Shown here piece by piece: positions 1 through 8,267 of a DNA stretch of 64,000 nt. The notes beneath the pieces were generated by a model. The model was not told where the DNA came from and did no database searches. It saw only the letters and a program-made list of their open reading frames with translations. The translations under genes and the position numbers were made by a program. Source of the DNA: Acidobacteriota bacterium (GTDB lineage: Bacteria; Acidobacteriota; UBA6911); NCBI GenBank assembly GCA_963664705.1, contig OY761556.1, forward strand, positions 1,184,001-1,248,000, given 5' to 3'. Numbering within the stretch: position 1 is the stretch's first letter; each line of letters starts with the position of its first letter.

Positions 1-495
1 ACCTCGCTGCCGGAGAAGAGCGTCGATTTTTTGGTGTCCGGACAAGCCTTTCATTGGTTTGATGTAGCACGGGCGCGCTGCGAGTTTCTACGCATCCTGA
101 GGCCTTCCGGCTGGGCAATGATTGTATGGAATGAGCGCGAATATGAGACTACGCCCTTCTTGATTGCCTATGATCGGCTTTTACAGCAATATGCGATCGA
201 CTATGCAAGAGCGAAACACAAAAGCGTATACGAGCATTCGCTGGGTGACTTTTTCGGGCCATCCGGGTATTCGGAAATAGCGTTCAGGTATCAGCAGAAT
301 ATGGATTTTGAGGGAGTTAAAGGACGAATGCTGTCATCCTCGTATACGCCCGAATTGGGGCATCCGAATCACGACCCCCTGATGGCCGGCCTGCTGGAGG
401 CCTTTCAGGCCAATGCAGCCAATGGCATAGTGACGATGGATTACATTACAAGGATGTATTACGGCCGGTTGATTGACGGAGGACAACACGAGTAA
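1..495 (+). CDS. Class I SAM-dependent methyltransferase, 5'-truncated by the window edge
   Basis: Frame is open from base 1 (TSLPEKSVDFLVSGQAFHWFD...LRPSG), typical of Methyltransf_11 proteins; SSSYTP motif near the C-terminus. Confidence 0.8.
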   Translation, partial: TSLPEKSVDFLVSGQAFHWFDVARARCEFLRILRPSGWAMIVWNEREYETTPFLIAYDRLLQQYAIDYARAKHKSVYEHSLGDFFGPSGYSEIAFRYQQNMDFEGVKGRMLSSSYTPELGHPNHDPLMAGLLEAFQANAANGIVTMDYITRMYYGRLIDGGQHE

Positions 496-498
496 CCT

Positions 499-771
499 AT
501 GCGACGCGAACCGGAATTCTTTGGCGAAACGGAATTGGCTTTGATTTATATGGCCCGGAGACTGAAGCATGCCCTGGCCATAGAAAAGCTGCTGAATGAG
601 CACGGCATCGACTACCACCTCGAGACTGGGCACTACCTTAGCGGGCTGCTGTTCCGCACCACAAAAGTCGGAGTCTATTTTTATGCAACTCCGGAGGATG
701 CAGGCCGTACAACCGCACTGCTGAAAGAAAACGGCTATAAGTTGCCGGCCGATGGAAAATTGCTTCCATAA
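499..771 (+). CDS. Small conserved hypothetical protein (DUF2007-like)
   Basis: 90 aa ORF 3 nt after the upstream stop; A..IEKLL.EHGIDY and V...D..R...LL pattern. Confidence 0.6.
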   Translation: MRREPEFFGETELALIYMARRLKHALAIEKLLNEHGIDYHLETGHYLSGLLFRTTKVGVYFYATPEDAGRTTALLKENGYKLPADGKLLP

Positions 772-981
772 CCCCTATCGGGATGCGGGAAGCGGAACAA
801 AACCTGATTTTGCTTGCTCCCGGGCACTTCCCGTATCAAAATCGCCTCTCACTCTTGCGCCGGCTGAACCGCACATTACTTCCACAGCCGGCAGGCGTAA
901 GCTTTAGATCAAAACTCATCCGATCCATGGATCGCATCAGATGTTTTGTCCTGGGCGGAGTTATCCCAAGGAGGATTCACG

Positions 982-2058
982 GTGTATAAGATTGCAGTCA
1001 TGCCTGGTGATGGGACGGGACCAGAGGTAACCGCCGAGGCCGTCAAAGTCCTCAAAGTCGCAGCTGATAAATTCAAGTTCAAAGCGGAGCTGACCGAATT
1101 CGATTTTGGTGGCGAGCGGTACAAGAGAACCGGGGAATTGCTGCCGGACAGCGGAATCGAGGAACTGCGCAAGTTCGATGCCATTTTGCTGGGTGCCATC
1201 GGGCATCCGGACGTAACTCCGGGAATCCTGGAAAAAGGAATCCTGCTCAGAGCTCGCTTCGCACTGGATCAGTACATCAATCTCCGGCCGGTCAAGCTCT
1301 TTCCCGGTGTTGAGACGCCGATCAAGGATAAAGGCCCCGAGCACATCGACTTTGTCGTCGTCCGCGAAAACTCCGGCGATATATATACCGGAACCGGCGG
1401 AGTCACGATGAAGGGAACTCCCCAGGAAGTGGCGGTCCAATCCTCCGTCTACACACGCTTCCAGGTGGATCGGTGCCTGCGCTATGCATTTGAATACACG
1501 CGCAAGCATGGGAAGAAAGCGCGCGGCAAAGGTGATAAGAACACTCTCGCTCTCTGCGGCAAGACGAACGTGTTGACTTATGTCTATGATCTTTGGGAAA
1601 GAGCTTTCCATGAGATGGGGCAGAAGGATTACCCGGACATCAACCGGGAATACTATCACGTCGATGCCACCACCATGTGGTTCGTTAAGAATCCGGAGTG
1701 GTTCGATGTGATTGTGACCGGGAATATGTTCGGAGACATCATCACGGATCTGGGGGCCATGATCCAGGGTGGCATGGGAATTGCCGCCGGTGGGAATCTG
1801 AATCCCGAAGGCGTCAGCATGTTTGAGCCTATTGGCGGAAGCGCTCCCAAGTATACGGGCATGGGCATTATTAATCCGCTCGCTGCGATTTGTGCGATGC
1901 AGATGATGCTGGCAGAGCTTGGCGAGCAAAAGGCTGCCGACGCGGTGGAGCAGGCGGTCATGTATATCACGGCCAACAAACTCAAATCGCTTGCGGCCGG
2001 GAAAATGGGTTATTCGACGGCACAGGTCGGAGACCTGGTCTGCGAGCGATTGGTCTAA
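982..2058 (+). CDS. leuB: 3-isopropylmalate dehydrogenase
   Basis: IAVMPGDGTGPEV, NLRPVK, VVRENS, NMFGDIITD, EPIGGSAP motifs; GTG at 982 follows SD AAGGAGG. Confidence 0.9.
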   Translation: MYKIAVMPGDGTGPEVTAEAVKVLKVAADKFKFKAELTEFDFGGERYKRTGELLPDSGIEELRKFDAILLGAIGHPDVTPGILEKGILLRARFALDQYINLRPVKLFPGVETPIKDKGPEHIDFVVVRENSGDIYTGTGGVTMKGTPQEVAVQSSVYTRFQVDRCLRYAFEYTRKHGKKARGKGDKNTLALCGKTNVLTYVYDLWERAFHEMGQKDYPDINREYYHVDATTMWFVKNPEWFDVIVTGNMFGDIITDLGAMIQGGMGIAAGGNLNPEGVSMFEPIGGSAPKYTGMGIINPLAAICAMQMMLAELGEQKAADAVEQAVMYITANKLKSLAAGKMGYSTAQVGDLVCERLV

Positions 2059-2068
2059 CCTTCGAAGC

Positions 2069-2106
2069 TGGAGGCGCCGGCGGTACATCAGGCCGGCGCC
2101 TCCAGT
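2069..2106. terminator. GC-rich hairpin between convergent leuB and gldA (bidirectional terminator / REP-like)
   Basis: CTGGAGGCGCCGGC-10nt-GCCGGCGCCTCCAG perfect 14-bp inverted repeat. Confidence 0.65.
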
Positions 2107-2113
2107 AAGCATG

Positions 2114-3292
2114 CTATTTGCCAGCGGCTGCCATTATTTCCGCGCCGATAGCGTCTGCCTCCAGGAGCGCGGAGTAGAGCTTTTCAGGTGTCACTTCGAA
2201 AGGCTCGTTGTGCGCAAACGGCTCTTTCACCGCCGCGCGCATCGCGTCCATTAAAATAACGGAGTCTCTGTCGCGTTGCATCTGCAGTTGACGCAGCGAT
2301 ACCGGTAGTCCCACTTCCGTCAGGAAGCGCGCAATACGCCTGGCTTCCAGGCTCTCGCCCTCAAGGACCAAATGCGCTATGAGTCCGATGGCGACGAGTT
2401 CGCCATGAAGATAATCCCGATGCAATAGAGGAATGACGGTCATGCCCGCCGCCATCGCATGGGCTGCGGCCAGTCCTCCGCTTTCAAACCCAACTCCGCT
2501 TAGCAGCGTGTTGGCTTCGATGACACGCTCCAGAGCTGCATTAACCTCATGGCGTTGTACGGCTTCCATGGCCGCACGCGCCTCTTCTATTACAGTCTTG
2601 GCGCACAATTCGGCTATGGCGAGGGCGGCCAGGGTGATCCGCGCACCCAGCATATTTCTACCTGCCGGATTCCGGTAGCAGGTGCGCGCTTCGTAAAAAG
2701 TGGCAATCGCATCTCCAATGCCCGCAACCAGGTGCCGCACCGGAGAATCGGCTATGATGCCGGAATCAACGAGGACCAGCGCCGGATTGCTCGGGAAAAA
2801 TTCCGGCCCCATGCCGGCTCCATCGTTGGTATACATCACGGAGGTTGCTGAGCAGGGAGCATCGGTGGATGCGATGGTCGGACAGATGACTACCGGAACG
2901 GAAAGACGGGAAGCAACACACTTTCCCGCATCCGCGCATTTCCCGCCGCCCACCGCAATGACAGAGTCAATGGGCTTTCCCGATCCGCGGATAACATGGG
3001 CAAGACGATTCACTTCTTCGTGAGAGCACTCTCCTCCGAAAATTTCGAAGATGGGATCGATTCCAACGTCGCACAGGCTTTTCAAAATCCTGCTTCCCAG
3101 CCGATTCCATCCTCCACGGGTTATCAGGACTGCCGGCTGGCGGCTCGACAATATGGATAAATATTGCCCCACACGGTCGATGACCCGGTTGCCCTGGATA
3201 TACCAGTGCGGAGAAGTGAAGGCGCGCGGCGTTTCATTTCCGACGATGCTTTCTGCAGAGAACAGGGAGTGGGGCGAAAATGGAATCGGCAT
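2114..3292 (-). CDS. gldA: Glycerol dehydrogenase (metal-containing polyol dehydrogenase family)
   Basis: GGGK..D.GK, PTIASTDAPCS, GFESGGLAAAH, HGE motifs; ATG at 3292 preceded by GGAG. Confidence 0.85.
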   Translation of the reverse strand: MPIPFSPHSLFSAESIVGNETPRAFTSPHWYIQGNRVIDRVGQYLSILSSRQPAVLITRGGWNRLGSRILKSLCDVGIDPIFEIFGGECSHEEVNRLAHVIRGSGKPIDSVIAVGGGKCADAGKCVASRLSVPVVICPTIASTDAPCSATSVMYTNDGAGMGPEFFPSNPALVLVDSGIIADSPVRHLVAGIGDAIATFYEARTCYRNPAGRNMLGARITLAALAIAELCAKTVIEEARAAMEAVQRHEVNAALERVIEANTLLSGVGFESGGLAAAHAMAAGMTVIPLLHRDYLHGELVAIGLIAHLVLEGESLEARRIARFLTEVGLPVSLRQLQMQRDRDSVILMDAMRAAVKEPFAHNEPFEVTPEKLYSALLEADAIGAEIMAAAGK

Positions 3293-3384
3293 GACTGTCT
3301 CCGTCAAGGAGCTTTCATCATACAACCGCGTTGCTGCAAAGGCCTGCAGTTTTTATCCTCTTTAGGTCGCCGTGAAATTTCCTA

Positions 3385-3423
3385 TTGACATAATTTAATA
3401 ATAGTACTAATAAATAGTACTAT
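3385..3423 (+). promoter_or_regulatory. sigma70 -35 element and palindromic BlaI-type operator overlapping the start codon
   Basis: TTGACA at 3385-3390; perfect 9-5-9 inverted repeat ATAGTACTA-ATAAA-TAGTACTAT at 3401-3423. Confidence 0.75.
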
Positions 3424-3796
3424 GAGACCGAAAACAAATACCTTGTCGGCGCAGCAATTGGACATCATGAAGGTCGTGTGGGAGCTTGGAGAAGCGACGG
3501 TGCGTGACGTATACGAAGCACTGCGTGCCCGACGTTCCATAGCCTATACAACTGTCATGACCACGATGAAAATAATGGAAACCAAAGGCCACCTGAAAAA
3601 GCGAGTGGATGGGCGGGCGTTTGTCTATCGTGCGGTGGAGCCCAGGGGGCAAGCGTTAAAACGGATTGTCGGCGATTTCCTGGATCGGGTGTTTAACGGT
3701 TCAGCCGAACCGCTTCTCGCGCATCTGGTGGAAGAGCGGCGGCTGTCGCAAAAAGATCTGGATCAGATTGCCAAGATGATTCGGGAAAAGAAGTAA
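3422..3796 (+). CDS. BlaI/MecI/CopY family transcriptional repressor
   Basis: LS..QLDIMKVVW..GEATVRDV, AYTTVMT, R.FVY, FNGS...LLAHL motifs. Confidence 0.93.
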   Translation: MRPKTNTLSAQQLDIMKVVWELGEATVRDVYEALRARRSIAYTTVMTTMKIMETKGHLKKRVDGRAFVYRAVEPRGQALKRIVGDFLDRVFNGSAEPLLAHLVEERRLSQKDLDQIAKMIREKK

Positions 3797-3831
3797 CTCC
3801 ATTAACGAGTTCCATCTAGCAAGGAGGACGC

Positions 3832-5799
3832 GTGTCACTTCCTGTCTGGATTGATAATCTGGTTGCCTACAGCCTTCAAATCGCAACTCTGGTCGCGGTG
3901 GGGACTCTGCTGGCTTACCTCTTCCGCATGCGTGTACCGCGCATTACGTTGGGCTACTGGCAGGTTCTTCTATTGATGTGTGTTTTTATTTTTGCCTTCC
4001 AGGGATGGCGACATCCTGTCTACAGTCTGCCGGTCGCGCAGGTGGCGGTTTCCAGCGTGGTTGCTACGATGGAAGCGGATATTCCTCCCCCTCCGGCATC
4101 GTTCATTCCCAGTTCTGAACTGATTGGCTGGGTATTGGTTGTCGGGATGCTTGGCCGTCTCCTCTGGTTGTGTATTGGGCTGCTGCGACTGCAGTCCTTC
4201 AGACGCAATGCTCAAGTCCTGCACGGAGAAGGCTCCTTGGTTAGGGATATGCAATCCCTGACGAAGACGCGATCCCTGGTATTGGTTTCCGATGCAACCG
4301 ATACGCCCGTGACGTTCGGCGCGCAAGCCCCGGTCATTATCCTGCCCTCCAGATTCGGTGAAATGATAGAAGCCCATAAGCGGGCGGTTCTATGCCACGA
4401 GTTGTTGCATATCCGCAGGCGGGACTGGCTGTTTATTCTGGGTGAGGAGACAGTGCGCGCGGTTTTCTGGTTCCATCCTGCCATCTGGTGGGTACTAAGC
4501 CGAATCCGGTTGAGCCGGGAGCAAGCGGTTGATCATGAGGTTGTGTGCCTGTGCGGCAACCGGCAGCCATATCTGGATTCACTATTGGAATTTGCACGGA
4601 ATCAGCGGCGGTCGCAAGCTATTCCTGCCCCTCTTTTTCTCAAAGAAAATCATCTTGTTCAACGAGTTGCACTTTTGCTGAAGGAGGCATCTATGAGTCG
4701 ATCGCGATTATTCTGCAGTTTGTCGGCAATGCTCGTTTTGTTGATAGGAACTGTGAAGCTTGCGGCGGGTTGGTTTCCTTTGACGGGAGAGCCGATTATC
4801 CAGGAACATGTATCTGGTTTTTCGGGGAATGTTGTCCCTCAGCGCATTTTGGCTGCGAAAACTGATGCGAAAGTCCTGCCGCCAGCCGTTCGGCTGTTGC
4901 CTGTCGCAAAATCACAGCCGGTTATGACGGCTGAAAACGTCACTCCCGCCCTGCCTGTGGAAACCGCGGCTCCAGTGCAGCAATCCCCTATTCCCATTGG
5001 ACGCGAGCCGATCCGCGTTGGCGGCGGCATTCAGGAAAGCAAACTGATTTATAGGGTGGATCCTGTTTACCCTGAGTTGGCCAAGCGTGCCCGTATTACG
5101 GGGAGAGTCGTCATGGCTGTAACCGTCAATGAGGATGGATTGGTGACGGATGTCAGGGTCACCAACGGTCACCCTCTCCTGGCTGAGGCTGCAATTTCTG
5201 CTGTCAGGCAATGGCGTTACAGCCCCACGCTGCTGAATGGAGCCCCTGTTCCGGTAATGACTACGGTCACCTGTGTTTTCAACATCAGAGGCGATAACGA
5301 TGTTGTGCTGCAGATGGATGAATATGGCAGCCTTACGGCGCTGCCGCCGGGGGATATGAATGCTCTCATGCAGAAGATGGCGCTGGGCGGTACAGCCGTG
5401 GTCAACATATTATCCTCAACTCCTATCCGGGTTGCAGAGCGGGCTGTTCAGGATTTGATTCAAAAGGGAGTTCAGAAACTGGAAATGGGAGGAGCCTATG
5501 CCTTTTATAATGGGAGGCTGTTTTATACAGGAGCTCCGGCCAGACCTCCGCAGATCCTGCCGAACACGGAAGTATTGCAGGCGTTGCTGAACAGTTCCCC
5601 GAAGGATTCGCGCGGGCTAAGCATGATTCAATATAATCTGTATATCAACGAAGTCGGCGAGATCCTGGGGATTCAGCGGATCGCCGGTCCGGATAATCCT
5701 GCTATCGAGCATGAACTGATGCGAACCCGGGTGCTCTCTCCGGCGTTTCTGGGCGCCGATCCGGTTCCGTTTGTCTATGCTCTCAACATGACAATGTAG
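3832..5799 (+). CDS. BlaR1-like M56 metallopeptidase fused to TonB C-terminal domain(s)
   Basis: TM helices, P.TFG..P.I.LP, HELLH zinc motif, WFHPA.W, REQAVD; Pro-rich linker then P.YP..AK.ARI.G.V...AV.QWRY.P...NG.PV; SD AAGGAGG before GTG. Confidence 0.88.
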   Translation: MSLPVWIDNLVAYSLQIATLVAVGTLLAYLFRMRVPRITLGYWQVLLLMCVFIFAFQGWRHPVYSLPVAQVAVSSVVATMEADIPPPPASFIPSSELIGWVLVVGMLGRLLWLCIGLLRLQSFRRNAQVLHGEGSLVRDMQSLTKTRSLVLVSDATDTPVTFGAQAPVIILPSRFGEMIEAHKRAVLCHELLHIRRRDWLFILGEETVRAVFWFHPAIWWVLSRIRLSREQAVDHEVVCLCGNRQPYLDSLLEFARNQRRSQAIPAPLFLKENHLVQRVALLLKEASMSRSRLFCSLSAMLVLLIGTVKLAAGWFPLTGEPIIQEHVSGFSGNVVPQRILAAKTDAKVLPPAVRLLPVAKSQPVMTAENVTPALPVETAAPVQQSPIPIGREPIRVGGGIQESKLIYRVDPVYPELAKRARITGRVVMAVTVNEDGLVTDVRVTNGHPLLAEAAISAVRQWRYSPTLLNGAPVPVMTTVTCVFNIRGDNDVVLQMDEYGSLTALPPGDMNALMQKMALGGTAVVNILSSTPIRVAERAVQDLIQKGVQKLEMGGAYAFYNGRLFYTGAPARPPQILPNTEVLQALLNSSPKDSRGLSMIQYNLYINEVGEILGIQRIAGPDNPAIEHELMRTRVLSPAFLGADPVPFVYALNMTM

Positions 5800-5810
5800 C
5801 CCTGCATTTG

Positions 5811-5849
5811 TCAGCGGAGTGCGGCATCATTGAGGCCGCACTCCACTGA
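5811..5849. terminator. Hairpin between convergent genes (REP-like GGAGTGCGGC family)
   Basis: TCAGCGGAGTGCGGC-9nt-GCCGCACTCCACTGA inverted repeat. Confidence 0.65.
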
Positions 5850-5857
5850 CTGGCGCA

Positions 5858-6757
5858 TTAACCAATTTTGTTCGCTTCTTCACGAGCCTTCTTCAATCCG
5901 TCTCTGCGCATTTTTTCAAAAGCCAGCCTTCCTGCCGGAGCCTCTTCGTTGGGCAGTGAATCCAGGGCCTCGTCAAAAATTTCTTTCAGTTCCTCCTTGA
6001 ACTCCGGGTGACTGAAAATATACAGGCTGTTTTTTCGGATCCCTGCCAGCACCCGGTCTCCGACCTCTTCGGGCGCCATCCCCTGTTTATGAATTTGCGG
6101 CAGGACGTCCATTGTTTTTTGGCTTTTCGCGGTATTTTCGGCGGAAGCGAACCGTGAAGGTCGCACCTTTTCACTTTCGTAGATTACGCTGTTGATCAGC
6201 CCAGGGCAGAAGACCGATACGCCGATATTGTATGGATAGAGGCTGAATCGCAGGGCTTCACTGAGCCCGCGCACGGCGAATTTGGATGCCGTGTAAATGC
6301 CGGCCGCGGCGCTGGGCAGAAAAGCGGCCATGGATGCGGTATTGACGATATGCCCTCCTTCGCCGTGTTTCCGCAGGCGCGGTATAAAGGTCTGGATGCC
6401 GTTGACCACTCCGCCAAAATTCACTCCCATGACCCAGTCCCAGTCGTTATACGTGCAGTCCTCGATCGGAACAAACAGGTTGATGCCGGCGTTATTGCAG
6501 ACCACGTGAACAGAGCCGAATACTCTTTCGGCTTCATCGGCGGCTCGCGCGAAAGCCTCCCGGTCGGCGACATCAAGCTGAATGGCGTGAATGGACGGAT
6601 TATTTTTAAAATAGACCATTGCCTGATCGAGGCTGTCTCTGCGGATATCGGCGATGACCACCTTCATCCCGTTTTTTAAAAACGCCTGGGCCATCCCCAA
6701 ACCGGCTCCATTGGCGCCTCCGGTGATGAACGCCACTTTTCCTTCAACGTTTTTCAT
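5858..6757 (-). CDS. Short-chain dehydrogenase/reductase (SDR)
   Basis: TGGANGAG Rossmann motif, NNAG, NTAS, YTASK catalytic motif. Confidence 0.92.
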   Translation of the reverse strand: MKNVEGKVAFITGGANGAGLGMAQAFLKNGMKVVIADIRRDSLDQAMVYFKNNPSIHAIQLDVADREAFARAADEAERVFGSVHVVCNNAGINLFVPIEDCTYNDWDWVMGVNFGGVVNGIQTFIPRLRKHGEGGHIVNTASMAAFLPSAAAGIYTASKFAVRGLSEALRFSLYPYNIGVSVFCPGLINSVIYESEKVRPSRFASAENTAKSQKTMDVLPQIHKQGMAPEEVGDRVLAGIRKNSLYIFSHPEFKEELKEIFDEALDSLPNEEAPAGRLAFEKMRRDGLKKAREEANKIG

Positions 6758-6904
6758 AGGCTGTCTCCTCTGCCTGGATGCTGTTTCTTATTTCATCATA
6801 GCAACCTCGGCCACAAGTCTCTAAGTATTCTTTGAGTCTTCGGGGCTTCGAGGTTATAGTCTTGGGATCCAAACTCATATCCGACGAGGAGGATACGCGC
6901 TCGC

Positions 6905-8263
6905 ATGAGTGAAAAGACGTGGAAGGACTACAAGGAAAGAAAACCGTTTAAAACTTCTCCCTTGAAAGGCATCAAGGTTCTGGAAGTCTGCACAATGCTG
7001 CTGGGACCGATCGGCCCGGCTCTGCTTGCCCAGTTGGGAGCGGAAGTCATCCGGTGCGAAATTCCGCCCTTGGGCGATGCAACCCGTTCGTTGAACCCGT
7101 TCGGCTGGTTTCTGAAAGACACCAGCGCCCTGCTGCTGCACATCAATCAGAACAAATACTGGCTGGGACTGGATCTGCATAAGCAGGAGGCACGGAAGGT
7201 TTTTTGCGAACTGGCCGCAAAGTGCGACATCGTCGAAAACAACTTCCGGCCGGGAGTAATGGAAGACTGGGGGATCGGATACCGCGATATCGCGGAGATC
7301 AACCCGGGGATTATCTTTCTTTCAAAGAATGGATACGGGCAGTGGGGACAATATGCAAAGGAAAACCGGCCTTCCAACGACGGCGCTTCACAGGCGTTGA
7401 CAGGCTTCTCCTGGATGTCCCGGTCTCCCGGGCAGACACCGCTGAAGCAGCGTGCCTACGTTGGAGATAACTACGGAGGGATATGCGCGGAAATAGCGGT
7501 GCTGGCGGCGTTGCACCATCGCGATCGGACCGGCAAAGGGCAGTATATCGAGTTTTCCCAAACCGAAAACGTCATGCGAACCATGTCCTGGGTCTGGCCA
7601 TACCAGCAGTTCACCGGCGAATGCGCGCAGCCTTCGGGTAATCGTGATGTATCCATCTGTCCGGCCGACACGTTCCGTTGCATCGATGATACCTTCGTCG
7701 CAATCGCGGCTGCCGATCCAAGGGAGTTTGCCGGTCTGTGTGCCGCGATGGAGAAGCCGGGTTTGGCGACAGATCCGAGGTTCCAGGAACACACGGAACG
7801 GTTGAAGGAGGAAAATGCGGTAGAAATACTGCGGATTATCCGGGAATGGGTAAAGACTCTGAGAGCGGAAGAGGTGGAGGCACTGGCCGAAAAGCATGGC
7901 TTCGCGGCCACACACCTTTATAACGCCAGGGATATCGTTGAGAGTGAGCAGTTTCGGCAGCATGATTTCTGGTCTGAAATTGATGATCCGCTGTTGGGAA
8001 CCTATAACAATTATGAATTTCCGGTCAAAATGTCGGAATCGCCTCCGAAAACAAAATGGTCCGTCCGACCCGTCGGTTTTGATAATGAGTTTGTCATGAA
8101 GTGGATGCTGGGAAAGAGCGACGACCAGATTCAGCAGCTTTATCAGAGCGGCGCGCTGGGGAAGTGGGGAGAAGCGCTTGGGAGAACGCCGCCGCCGGAT
8201 TGGGACGGCAAGGCCGGGCTCATACTGAAGCGGGATGAACCAGAATCTGCAGAAGAGGAATAG
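6905..8263 (+). CDS. Family III (CaiB/BaiF) CoA-transferase, catalytic-type subunit
   Basis: PLKGIKVLE, LAQLGAEVIRCE.P..GD, NQNK, ENNFRPG, YVGD (active-site Asp), R.RTGKGQ. Confidence 0.9.
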   Translation: MSEKTWKDYKERKPFKTSPLKGIKVLEVCTMLLGPIGPALLAQLGAEVIRCEIPPLGDATRSLNPFGWFLKDTSALLLHINQNKYWLGLDLHKQEARKVFCELAAKCDIVENNFRPGVMEDWGIGYRDIAEINPGIIFLSKNGYGQWGQYAKENRPSNDGASQALTGFSWMSRSPGQTPLKQRAYVGDNYGGICAEIAVLAALHHRDRTGKGQYIEFSQTENVMRTMSWVWPYQQFTGECAQPSGNRDVSICPADTFRCIDDTFVAIAAADPREFAGLCAAMEKPGLATDPRFQEHTERLKEENAVEILRIIREWVKTLRAEEVEALAEKHGFAATHLYNARDIVESEQFRQHDFWSEIDDPLLGTYNNYEFPVKMSESPPKTKWSVRPVGFDNEFVMKWMLGKSDDQIQQLYQSGALGKWGEALGRTPPPDWDGKAGLILKRDEPESAEEE

Positions 8264-8267
8264 CGCT

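Noticed and set aside
961-2112. 383-aa ORF antisense to leuB
   Set aside because: Shadow ORF of a conserved gene; no motifs. The same applies to most long antisense ORFs (e.g. 13956-14921, 45087-45986, 49457-50494, 62874-63683)
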